From a virus (lineage: Duplodnaviria; Caudoviricetes), in IMG/VR virus record IMGVR_UViG_3300003316_000301, positions 32,001-96,000 of that record: 64,000 bases of DNA, one strand, 5' to 3'. Each line of letters opens with the position of its first letter. Position 1 is the first letter of the stretch. The translations under genes were made by a program, and so were the position numbers. The notes under the pieces are model-generated. The model ran no database searches, was not told where the DNA came from, and was given only the letters and a program-made list of their open reading frames with translations. This document shows, piece by piece, positions 54,512-62,669 of the stretch.

Positions 54512-54876
54512 GCGGCGACCGGCACACTGGCTCGCTGGGACAGGTCGAGCAGCGTGGCCACCAGCTCCTCGGCCGACAGGGTGAACTCGAAGTCCTCGGG
54601 GAAGTCCTCGGCGTCCGTCTCGGCGTCGTAGTTGTTGTCCTCGGCGTACTCGGCCGCCAGCATGATGACCGCGTGCAGCTCGGCGCACTCGGCCGGGCTC
54701 AGCAGGTCGTAGTGGTGGTGGTGGACGCGGACCAGCTCCTCCCAGCGGGAGGCCAGGTCGCTGATCAGTACCCCGTTCAGGTCCCCGTCCTCGGGCTCCG
54801 CGATGTTCGCGGCGATCTGGACGCCGGTCTTGACGTGCTCGATCAGGTGGTCGGGAAGGCCGTACACAGCGCTCAT
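54508..54876 (-). CDS. Acidic hypothetical protein
   Basis: GGAGG RBS after promoter. Confidence 0.65.
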   Translation of the reverse strand: MSAVYGLPDHLIEHVKTGVQIAANIAEPEDGDLNGVLISDLASRWEELVRVHHHHYDLLSPAECAELHAVIMLAAEYAEDNNYDAETDAEDFPEDFEFTLSAEELVATLLDLSQRASVPVAA

Positions 54877-54914
54877 GGCTACCTCCAGTGACTGTCTCTG
54901 GCGGGACGTCACTG

Positions 54915-54944
54915 AAACTACTCCAACGATTGTTGGGGCGTCAA
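54915..54944 (-). promoter_or_regulatory. Repeated promoter copy (TTGACG-18-TAGTTT)
   Basis: Spacer CCCCAACAATCGTTGGAG. Confidence 0.7.
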
Positions 54945-55297
54945 GCCCCCGGTGCCCAACGGGCCTTGGCCTCGTCCTCCGTGATCGCCAGTCCCTCCTG
55001 GAGCACGCTGTAGCTGGCCATGCCGTCCAGCAGGTCCACGAGCTTGATCGAGAGGTTCGCGGCCTCCTGGTCGTCGACCAGCTTCTGGGCCGCCAGGGCA
55101 ATCCGGCGCAGGACCTCCGTCTCCGAGGCGTCGAAGACCAGGGCCGTCCAGACCTCCGGCTCGCCCTGCTCGGTCACGTAGTCGAGTTCGCCCTCCCCCG
55201 GCATCAGGGCGAACATGGCCGCCGTCTTGTTGGTCTTCACCTGCATGCCGAAGAGGTCGGCCACCAGGATGCCCTCTTCGTTCGTCCGTACCGTCAT
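54941..55297 (-). CDS. Hypothetical protein
   Basis: GGGAG RBS. Confidence 0.6.
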   Translation of the reverse strand: MTVRTNEEGILVADLFGMQVKTNKTAAMFALMPGEGELDYVTEQGEPEVWTALVFDASETEVLRRIALAAQKLVDDQEAANLSIKLVDLLDGMASYSVLQEGLAITEDEAKARWAPGA

Positions 55298-55355
55298 GGC
55301 TTCTCCCACGCAAAAGCCCCGGCGGGATGCCGGGGCTTCGCACTGTAGTACCGAC

Positions 55356-55715
55356 CTACCGGGGCGTGTAGGAGATGAAGCCGTGATCCCCGTCGTGGTT
55401 CGCGGGGAGATTGCAGTACTCGGCCGGGCACCGGTTCGTCCCGGTGACCACACCGAGCCCCTGGAGAAGCCGGATCGCCACGTCGACCGGCGACTCCGGC
55501 CTCACGATGTTCGAGCGCGTCATCTCCTGCGGGAAGGACGTCATCAGGAACGTCTGGAGCCGGTTCAGCTCGGCCGCGTAGGGGTTGCGCAGGGCCTCCC
55601 CAGGATCGGAGATGGGCGCCCCGTGGATCTGGGAGGGCGTCTCGTCCGAGGTGTCCTGGACGAAGCCGCTGGTGACCTGTGAGGGCACCTGGGAGCCGTC
55701 GGCAGCACTGGTCAT
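55356..55715 (-). CDS. Hypothetical protein with C-terminal CNLPANHDGDH mini-domain
   Basis: ATGA overlap. Confidence 0.6.
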   Translation of the reverse strand: MTSAADGSQVPSQVTSGFVQDTSDETPSQIHGAPISDPGEALRNPYAAELNRLQTFLMTSFPQEMTRSNIVRPESPVDVAIRLLQGLGVVTGTNRCPAEYCNLPANHDGDHGFISYTPR

Positions 55716-55924
55716 GGGGTCTGGGCCTCCTGGGCGCTCTGTGCCCCCTCAGGGGCCTTCTGCTGGTCCTCCCAGATCTCCCGGCGCTGTACCGAGTCCT
55801 GGACCGAGAGGGACACGCACGGGCCCTTGTGGAGATCGGGGAGTTCACAGGCGTAGGACTGGTACCGCCCCCACACCGGCTCGCGGCATGAGCGCTCCGG
55901 CCACTGCGCCTTCCGAATCTCCAT
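55712..55924 (-). CDS. Small protein with CELPDLHKGPC motif
   Basis: GAGGAGG RBS. Confidence 0.55.
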   Translation of the reverse strand: MEIRKAQWPERSCREPVWGRYQSYACELPDLHKGPCVSLSVQDSVQRREIWEDQQKAPEGAQSAQEAQTP

Positions 55925-55990
55925 GGTCCTCCTCAAACGACTACAGGCCCGTACCGCGAGGGTACGGGCCCTGATGCCGTCAGGGGAAGC

Positions 55991-56356
55991 TCAGTCGGCC
56001 TGGATATCGATCTTCAGACAGGTGGCCGGGTCCTCGGGGTCCCGGGACCACTCCCCCTCGGGGTTGGCCGCCTGATACGACCACTTGCCGTTCGGGTCGT
56101 CCGAGGTGGCATGGTGCAGGAAGCGGGGGACGTCGAAGTCAGGCTGTCCCGTCAGGACGAGCGCCAGGTCCTGAGCGAGCTGCTGTCGCCCGTGGACCAT
56201 CCCGCCGGTGAGAGAGTGGATCACGATCGTCTCCAGCCCCGGAGTGACCGGCAGGATCAGCACCGTGCGGAGCAGGGCCTTGAAGTCCTCCTCGGGGGAG
56301 TCGAACTTCCGGACATGCTCCGCCAGGTCGATCCAGGCGCGGCGGTAATCGGTCAT
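55991..56356 (-). CDS. Hypothetical protein
   Basis: GGAGG RBS. Confidence 0.6.
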   Translation of the reverse strand: MTDYRRAWIDLAEHVRKFDSPEEDFKALLRTVLILPVTPGLETIVIHSLTGGMVHGRQQLAQDLALVLTGQPDFDVPRFLHHATSDDPNGKWSYQAANPEGEWSRDPEDPATCLKIDIQAD

Positions 56357-56384
56357 AGGGCCTCCAGGGCACTCGTTTTTAAAA

Positions 56385-56606
56385 TCAGTCAGCGGTAGCG
56401 ATCTCCACGTGGTCGCCGCACTCGGGGCACTCCGCCTCAGCGGTCTCGAAGCCGTTCGCGGTGAACTCCATCTCACCCTCGAAGCCGCACTCGTCGTTGC
56501 CGCACTCGGCCTCGCGGGTGAAGTCGGCGGAGACGCCGAACTTGCGGGCGCTCAGCTCAGCGGCGACGGAGACGGTGATCGGGTCGGCGGAGAGGAAGTT
56601 CGACAT
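56385..56606 (-). CDS. Small acidic Zn-ribbon protein
   Basis: CGNDEC...CPECG; first gene after promoter repeat. Confidence 0.65.
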   Translation of the reverse strand: MSNFLSADPITVSVAAELSARKFGVSADFTREAECGNDECGFEGEMEFTANGFETAEAECPECGDHVEIATAD

Positions 56607-56611
56607 GAGGG

Positions 56612-56673
56612 CCTCCTGAGGAGTCGTGGTCCTGACTCCGTCAAGGTTACTACAAGGATCCTTGGAGAGTCAA
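56612..56673 (-). promoter_or_regulatory. Repeated promoter/operator/RBS element (TTGACT-18-TAACCT)
   Basis: All sub-motifs present. Confidence 0.8.
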
Positions 56674-56861
56674 GCTCAATCTCAGTGCGGTCCGACAACG
56701 GGCTCCCAGCCCCAGGAGCCCAGCAGCAGCCACCCCAGACGCGGGTGACGGACGAACAGACGACCCCCGAACACGACCTTCGAGGGTCCCTTCTCCAGCG
56801 AAACGGCCATGGGCCACCTCCGGTGAATCGGGCCGGGGGCCGAAGCCCCCGGCGGATCGGA

Positions 56862-57803
56862 CTACTTGTTCCACTCGCGCTGGAGCTTGCGGAACTTCGC
56901 CTGAGCCTTCTTCTCGTGGGTCTCGAAGACCTCCTGGATGCTCAGGCCCTTCTTCGCCGCAATCGATCGGATCAGGAGACCGGCGTGGCGCAGGTTCTCG
57001 ATCTGGCGCTGCTCGCGGGGCATCCGGGCGTTGTAGTGCGCCCAGTCCTCCTGGCCCACGCGCCACTCGTCCAGCAGGTAGTCCAGCAGGGCGTCCGTAG
57101 CCGCGATCTCGGCGGTACGGAGGGTCTTGCAGACGGTCCAGGAGTCGTTGCTCTTGCCCTCGTAGAGCTTGTCGCCCTCCGGGGTGGTGATGCTCTTGTC
57201 GGCCGCCGCCTTGGCCTTGCGGGCCCGCTCGGCTTCGCGCTCGGCGCGGGCCTTGGCGGCCTCCTCCTCGTCCGGCGTGAACATCTTGGTGCCCTTGGCG
57301 TTGACCGGGGCGGAGGGGTAGCAGGTGGTGCAGGCGCGCTCACCGGCGTCGGCGACGATCTCCGCCTCCGACTTGCCGGAGTACTGGATCAGCCAGGCGA
57401 AGCCCGTGCGGTACTCGCCGTGGTGGCAGGTGGAGCACTCGGTGCCCTTGTGGGCGTGGCCGTTGCTGCTGGTGGCCAGGAAAACGCGGTTCCAGCCTCC
57501 CCGGCGGGTGTACTCGGCCTCGTAAGGGAGCGCCTCGGCCTCCAGGGCCATCAGCTTGTTGCCCTCGGCGACGATGAAGCGACCGAGCCGGGCCAGGTCC
57601 TCCATCAGCTCGATACCGTCCAGCACGGTGGCGAGCCCGGGGACTCGCAGGCCCTTCTTGATCTTCTCGATCTTCGCGTAGGTCTCGGACTCGACCTTCT
57701 TGTACCGCAGGATCTGGGCCTGGACGACCGCCTGGCGCTCCCAGATCGGAGCGAGGAGGGTGTCGATCTCGACGGGGGTGAGGTTCGCGAGGTTCTGGGT
57801 CAT
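56862..57803 (-). CDS. Conserved actinophage-type Zn-binding hypothetical protein
   Basis: GWNRVF...GHAH...CSTC...AGERACTTCYPSAP. Confidence 0.7.
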   Translation of the reverse strand: MTQNLANLTPVEIDTLLAPIWERQAVVQAQILRYKKVESETYAKIEKIKKGLRVPGLATVLDGIELMEDLARLGRFIVAEGNKLMALEAEALPYEAEYTRRGGWNRVFLATSSNGHAHKGTECSTCHHGEYRTGFAWLIQYSGKSEAEIVADAGERACTTCYPSAPVNAKGTKMFTPDEEEAAKARAEREAERARKAKAAADKSITTPEGDKLYEGKSNDSWTVCKTLRTAEIAATDALLDYLLDEWRVGQEDWAHYNARMPREQRQIENLRHAGLLIRSIAAKKGLSIQEVFETHEKKAQAKFRKLQREWNK

Positions 57804-57808
57804 GTGCG

Positions 57809-57873
57809 CCTCCTGAGGAGTCCTTGTCCTGCTGACAAGAAGAACTCTACCCCCAGGAATTGTTGGAGCGCAA
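57809..57873 (-). promoter_or_regulatory. Repeated promoter/operator/RBS element (TTGCGC-18-TAGAGT)
   Basis: Near-duplicate of 39173-39237. Confidence 0.7.
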
Positions 57874-57962
57874 GTACCTCTACAAGAAAAGTACGAGAGC
57901 TACGATGATCGGGGTCCAGAAGACCGCAAGGAGGATCAGTGCTGATCCCCATGCACGAGGGC

Positions 57963-58322
57963 TCATAGGTGCTCCTCCAGTTCCAGGATCCGCAGCACCT
58001 TGGCCGGGTCCAGCGTCCATGACGTGGGCGTAGGAGGCGAGCACTTCCCACTGCATTCGTCCGGGCAGTAGCACCAGTCGATGTACACGCCCACGCGGGC
58101 CGACTCGGCCAGAGCCTTGACGCTCAGCAGAGTCTGGCAGTCCTGGCACTCGACCTGGCGCCCCTCCCCCTCGGAGTCGTACCCGATGGACTCCAGCGGG
58201 TGCCCGCACGGCGGAACGTACTTCTCGCAGCCCTCCTTCTCCGTGTGGCCCCCGGCGTCCCAGCACGTCCGGCGGCAGCCCCAGTACTCCTCCGGGATCG
58301 GCCCGGGTCTACGTGCGGTCAC
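57963..58322 (-). CDS. Cys-rich hypothetical protein
   Basis: Multiple Cys clusters; start uncertain. Confidence 0.5.
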   Translation of the reverse strand: MTARRPGPIPEEYWGCRRTCWDAGGHTEKEGCEKYVPPCGHPLESIGYDSEGEGRQVECQDCQTLLSVKALAESARVGVYIDWCYCPDECSGKCSPPTPTSWTLDPAKVLRILELEEHL

Positions 58323-58563
58323 GAGATGTCTCCTCTCGCTTTTTAAAAACGATCTGAAGCCTCTCCCCGTCACCGAAGACGCGGATGTCGCTGTCGAACA
58401 GCTCTGCACCGGGCTTACGCCCCTCCATCAGTTCGTTGCGAGCGAGCCCGAAGAGCTTGCTCAGCTCGGCGAAGGGCGCCCCGTTGTCCATCGAGTAGGA
58501 CACCGTGGTCGTCACGGTCTCCTCGCGGTCGTAGCTCTGCATGAGGTCCTCCAGGTACGGCAC
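58309..58563 (-). CDS. Hypothetical protein
   Basis: ORF; likely start at internal Met after GGAGG. Confidence 0.55.
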   Translation of the reverse strand: MPYLEDLMQSYDREETVTTTVSYSMDNGAPFAELSKLFGLARNELMEGRKPGAELFDSDIRVFGDGERLQIVFKKREETSRDRT

Positions 58564-58614
58564 AGGGCCGGATCCCGTCGTGGGGACCGGCCCTGTGCGG
58601 CAGGCGTTCGAGCT

Positions 58615-59388
58615 TCAGGCGGAGGCGTCGGCCGCGTCGGCCTGGGTGTTGTCCACCAGGGTGACGCCGTCGGAGAGACGCTCCACCGAGTCGACCTTGT
58701 CCTCCGGGACGATGTACTCGGTGCGGGAGTCCGCGCCGCGCACGTTGGTGACCAGCGAGTAGCGGCCCGGCTTGTCGCCGGAGCCCGCCTGGAACAGGAC
58801 GTGGTCGGCCTTGACGTCCTTGGTGGTGCCGTCGGCCAGGTTGACCCGGTAGACGTGCTTGCCCTCGACCTTGACGTCCAGCTCGGGCTTCGGGACGACG
58901 CGGTACTCGTCGACCGAGTCGGCCTTGATGGACTTCACCACCGTGGTGCCGTTGTAGTCGTCGACACCCTCGACGTAGCCGTGGAAGGTCAGACGGCCGT
59001 CGGCCTCGGTGACGGTCTGGGCCTTGACGACCTCGTTGGGGCGGTCGTCGGCGTAGACGATCTCGAAGGCCTTGGTGTTGCGCTCGCTCATGGGTTTCTC
59101 CTGCTTCCCGGGCGCCTTGGTGGCGCCTGCTTCGGTTCGGATCGGACTGGCGGGCTGTTCGCTGACGAACATGCGATTGGTGCTCGAATCCAGGTAGATC
59201 TTGCCCGAAGGCACGAGATTCGACATCTGGATGATCGCGTCCGACAGTTGCGAACTGGTGATGGGCGAGTACGAGAGGTTCGTCGAGGTGACCCCCTCGT
59301 ACGTTCTGACCGCCCCCTGGTTCACGGCCCTGGCTGCAATGGCCTCGAACTCGGCGGCGTTGCTCCACTCTTCCAAGCTGGGCTCCAA
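58615..59388 (-). CDS. Hypothetical protein with two beta-rich repeats
   Basis: Alternative ATG at 59091 (MSERNTK, AGGAG RBS). Confidence 0.6.
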   Translation of the reverse strand: MEPSLEEWSNAAEFEAIAARAVNQGAVRTYEGVTSTNLSYSPITSSQLSDAIIQMSNLVPSGKIYLDSSTNRMFVSEQPASPIRTEAGATKAPGKQEKPMSERNTKAFEIVYADDRPNEVVKAQTVTEADGRLTFHGYVEGVDDYNGTTVVKSIKADSVDEYRVVPKPELDVKVEGKHVYRVNLADGTTKDVKADHVLFQAGSGDKPGRYSLVTNVRGADSRTEYIVPEDKVDSVERLSDGVTLVDNTQADAADASA

Positions 59389-59413
59389 GGACCTTCGGGT
59401 GAATGCGGATCAC

Positions 59414-59443
59414 ACCCTACTCGAAGGATCCTTGGTTGCTCAA
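59414..59443 (-). promoter_or_regulatory. Degenerate promoter repeat copy (TTGAGC-18-TAGGGT)
   Basis: Spacer core CAAGGATCCTT. Confidence 0.55.
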
Positions 59444-59929
59444 CTAGACGAGGGAGACGATCTCCTCGTCGGCAAGGCCCTCGCCGTCCCATCGGACGAA
59501 GGTCTTGCCCTTGTAGACCTTGAAGGTCGACGTGTCGGCCCCCGGCTCGGTCCACACCTTGAGCCGCTTGGCCTGGGTGAAGTCCTCGTGGATGGCCGTG
59601 ATCTCGCCGTCCCAGTTGTGCCCCGGCAGGTTGTCCCGCAGCGGGTAGAAGGTCTCGAACAGGTCGTTGTGCATGGAGACCCGGTCGTGCGAGGGGACGA
59701 GGGCGATACCCCGGACGACGTGCAGCGTGCCCTCGTCCGTCTCCTTGTCGAACTCGTCCAGCATGATCTTCAGCGGGAAGTACTCCGAGAAGACGTTCTC
59801 CGGGGTGGCGTACCTCTCCTGGTAGGACTTCAGCCGCCTCATCATGACCTCGGCGGCCTTCTTCAGCTCCTTCGCGCTCAGCGCCGGGGTGATGTTGATC
59901 GTGCCGCTGATGTGCCATTCAGTGCCCAT
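59444..59929 (-). CDS. Hypothetical protein (paralog of 61747-62232)
   Basis: MGTEWHISGTINITPAL; GACTCCCCAGGAGG RBS. Confidence 0.65.
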   Translation of the reverse strand: MGTEWHISGTINITPALSAKELKKAAEVMMRRLKSYQERYATPENVFSEYFPLKIMLDEFDKETDEGTLHVVRGIALVPSHDRVSMHNDLFETFYPLRDNLPGHNWDGEITAIHEDFTQAKRLKVWTEPGADTSTFKVYKGKTFVRWDGEGLADEEIVSLV

Positions 59930-59958
59930 GGGACCTCCTGGGGAGTCGGGATGGTGGA

Positions 59959-60342
59959 TCAGATGATGAGGGCGGCCCTGAGGGCGCCCAGGCCGTCCGT
60001 GGAGGACTCCCGGACGATGCGCCGGGCCTCGGCCTTGCGCTTGGCGGCCTGACGGGCCTTGACGAACTCGCGCTCGTACACGGAGCCGTAGACGCCCTCG
60101 GGAAGCTCCTCGCGGAAGATGTGCGCCATGTCCGAGGAGATCATGCAGGCCATCTTCCAGGTCAGGCCCTCGATGTCCTCGATCACCGGCTCCTCGCCCT
60201 GCTTGCCGTTGGCGTACCAGGAACGGAGATCCTCGATCGCGAGGAGCTGGGCCCGCGCGGCCTTCGTGTTCCCCATCGCTGCTTCCAGCATCTCCTTGAC
60301 GAAGTCGTGCCGGTCGCGCTCGCTGTGGGCGAAGTTCTTCAT
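59959..60342 (-). CDS. Hypothetical protein
   Basis: First gene after promoter repeat. Confidence 0.7.
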   Translation of the reverse strand: MKNFAHSERDRHDFVKEMLEAAMGNTKAARAQLLAIEDLRSWYANGKQGEEPVIEDIEGLTWKMACMISSDMAHIFREELPEGVYGSVYEREFVKARQAAKRKAEARRIVRESSTDGLGALRAALII

Positions 60343-60347
60343 GCGGG

Positions 60348-60420
60348 CCTCCTGAGGAGTCGGTTCCGGGGCTTCCCCCTGACAACGTCAAGGTTACTAC
60401 GGGAATTCCTGGGGCGTCAA
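60348..60420 (-). promoter_or_regulatory. Repeated promoter/operator/RBS element (TTGACG-18-TAACCT)
   Basis: All sub-motifs present. Confidence 0.75.
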
Positions 60421-60776
60421 GCCCTCTCTTCGAACTCCTCGTGGAGCTGGGAGAGCTTCTCCGTGGGGATCCAGCAGTTCGAGAACGGAGCCCGGCTCCA
60501 GTCGTCGGCGGCCAGGGTGCACAGGCCTTCAGCGGCCACACGGGCCTTCTCCACGGCGTTCGCACGCTTCTGGCTCAGACCCTCCAGGCCCGCGTCCGGA
60601 GTGCGCACGAGGACCTTGGGGTCGCCGTACCGCTGGTAGTGCAGTTCGGCCCGCAAGTAGCGGTTCTCCCTGCTGACGATGAAGAAGATCACCGGGCACT
60701 TCAGGTGCTCGGCCAGCCGTCGGCCGTTGGTGATCCCCTTGGCCTTCAGGGCCTCGCGCAGCTCCGCCCCGGTCAT
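60417..60776 (-). CDS. Hypothetical protein
   Basis: ATGA overlap. Confidence 0.6.
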   Translation of the reverse strand: MTGAELREALKAKGITNGRRLAEHLKCPVIFFIVSRENRYLRAELHYQRYGDPKVLVRTPDAGLEGLSQKRANAVEKARVAAEGLCTLAADDWSRAPFSNCWIPTEKLSQLHEEFEERA

Positions 60777-61261
60777 CGCTTGCTCCACTGGATGCCGATG
60801 TTCAGGGCGTTCTCCGTGACGAACTTCCACAGGGCGTGACCACGCATCCAGTGCGGCCCCTCCCACTCCGGCGTGGGAACGACGTGCGTCGCGCTGATCT
60901 TGCCCTCGCCTGAGCGGACGGTCAGCTCGAAGACGGCACCAACGCCCGGGAACATGGGGTCCCGGGTGAGCGGCGGCTCGGGGCTGTCCTCGCTCGGGAC
61001 CTCAGCCTCCCAGATGAGCTGGTCGGTGGTCTCGAAGTTCAGCCCTCGGTAGGGGTCGTCCGCCGGGTTGGCGGAGATGTCGGAGTGCGAGGAGCCGTAG
61101 AGGTACGTACGGGCGTACCAGCGCTCCTCGCCCTCATCGCCCCACCAGACGTCCGAGACGTCTCTGCGGTCGCGGAGGTGCTCCTCCAGGACCGCCTGAG
61201 CGCTCCTCCAGTCGGTCCGGAAGCCCGGCTTGCCGTTGACGGTGAACAGGTAGATCTTCAT
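60773..61261 (-). CDS. Hypothetical protein
   Basis: First gene after promoter repeat. Confidence 0.65.
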   Translation of the reverse strand: MKIYLFTVNGKPGFRTDWRSAQAVLEEHLRDRRDVSDVWWGDEGEERWYARTYLYGSSHSDISANPADDPYRGLNFETTDQLIWEAEVPSEDSPEPPLTRDPMFPGVGAVFELTVRSGEGKISATHVVPTPEWEGPHWMRGHALWKFVTENALNIGIQWSKR

Positions 61262-61265
61262 GAGT

Positions 61266-61348
61266 CCTCCTGGGGAGTCGGTGCTGACGGCCTCCTGGGT
61301 AACGTCCTGACACCGTCAAGGTTACCCCAGGAATCCTTGTAGCGAAAC
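61266..61348 (-). promoter_or_regulatory. Repeated promoter/operator/RBS element (weak -35)
   Basis: CTACAAGGATTCCTGGGG-TAACCT-TGACGGTGTCAG...GACTCCCCAGGAGG. Confidence 0.65.
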
Positions 61349-61351
61349 CCC

Positions 61352-61750
61352 CTAGCGGGGTCGGCCTCCGTGGAACCGCTGCTCATGGTCCATCATCGAC
61401 GCCACGGCGTTGAGCATGTTGGCCCCCACGGCCAGGGCCTCGTTGTCCGGCAGCTCCTCGCTGACGCTCGACGTCGCCACCAGCGTGCGGGGATCCACCA
61501 GACCGGCCTTGCCCTGGTAGCAGTCCTTGCAGGCCACGTACGCGTGGACCTTCCAGGGGCCGTCCTCGGACTCCAGACCGTGCTCCACGCCGAAGACGTA
61601 CCGGTCCAGCCGCAGGTTGATCAGAGCAAGCCGGAACAGCTCGTTCTTGCGTCGCTTCTCCCGGGCCGCCCTGGCCTCCTGGTGGCGCCGGAGGTTGAAC
61701 TCCGGCCAGCTCTCCCCCTCGCGGGGGCGGCTCTCGATGGCGGTGCTCAT
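61352..61750 (-). CDS. Hypothetical protein
   Basis: ATGA overlap. Confidence 0.55.
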   Translation of the reverse strand: MSTAIESRPREGESWPEFNLRRHQEARAAREKRRKNELFRLALINLRLDRYVFGVEHGLESEDGPWKVHAYVACKDCYQGKAGLVDPRTLVATSSVSEELPDNEALAVGANMLNAVASMMDHEQRFHGGRPR

Positions 61751-62232
61751 TCCGGCTCGCCGATCTTGACCGTGGTGACCTCGTTGTCCTGGACCTTGAT
61801 CTGCCAGGCCTCTCCCCCGCCCATGCCGGTCATGATGCCGTTGACCGTGTGGTCGAAGGTGAAGCCGTGCAGGAGGTCGTCCTCGGCGACGAGCTTGGCC
61901 TTCTCGGCGAAGATCCCGGCAGGCCTCAGGAAGTAGTCGATCACGTACCGGATCCAGGGCTCCAGGTCCCCGGCACCCTCCTGGCCGTCCCACTCCAGCA
62001 GGCCGGGCCCGTTCAGGCGCAGGCTGGCGTACAGGGTCGGCATGTCCTGGGCGGGCCGGTTCCAGTCGATCACGTCCGGGTGGGACGCGGTGAGGCTCTT
62101 GCGGATGTCCAGGGGTCCGTGCACGGTCGTCATGTGCCGGGCGTCCAGGAACAGGCGCAGGGCCTTGAACTCGGTCGGGTTCAGCGGCGGCTCGATGTGG
62201 AGCTGGCCCTTGTACTGTGCGTCGAATCCCAT
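61747..62232 (-). CDS. Conserved phage hypothetical protein
   Basis: MGFDAQYKGQLHIEPPLN...LEWDGQE...WIRYVIDYFL. Confidence 0.7.
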   Translation of the reverse strand: MGFDAQYKGQLHIEPPLNPTEFKALRLFLDARHMTTVHGPLDIRKSLTASHPDVIDWNRPAQDMPTLYASLRLNGPGLLEWDGQEGAGDLEPWIRYVIDYFLRPAGIFAEKAKLVAEDDLLHGFTFDHTVNGIMTGMGGGEAWQIKVQDNEVTTVKIGEPE

Positions 62233-62234
62233 GG

Positions 62235-62585
62235 TCAGATGTCCTTCTGGGGGAACTGGTCGAGCAGGATCTTGAGGTCGTCCAGCAGGAGCTTCTTGCC
62301 CGGCGGCCCCGCGAGGGCCTGGATGTCCTGCTCCATGTTGTCCGCGACACGGGCCACACGGCTGGCGGGGTCGTAGCCCTCGGCCTCGCGCACCTTGGCG
62401 ATGTGCTCCACCTCGATGAGCACATCGGCCTCGTACGCCTTCACGAACGCGGTCACCCGGCGCCGGACGTCCTGGAGGATCTCTGTGCGGTCCATGGCCT
62501 TGGCCACGCGCTCGATGATCTCCTCCCCGTTCTCACGGGCCTTCTGGACGTCCGTCTGCTGGTAGTCGTCGTAGGTCTTCGCCAT
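62235..62585 (-). CDS. Hypothetical helical protein
   Basis: GACTCCCCAGGAGG RBS motif. Confidence 0.65.
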   Translation of the reverse strand: MAKTYDDYQQTDVQKARENGEEIIERVAKAMDRTEILQDVRRRVTAFVKAYEADVLIEVEHIAKVREAEGYDPASRVARVADNMEQDIQALAGPPGKKLLLDDLKILLDQFPQKDI

Positions 62586-62669
62586 AGCTCCTCCTGGGGA
62601 GTCTCGGGGGTCTGAACGGCCGTACAGGGGGCGCCTGGGGTGAAGGCCCAGGAGCCCGCAGAGCGGCCG

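Noticed and set aside
13573-61348. Dispersed repeats as a CRISPR array or integron attC sites
   Set aside because: Spacing is irregular and gene-sized, no cas or integrase gene is visible, and the repeats carry -35/-10/RBS features.
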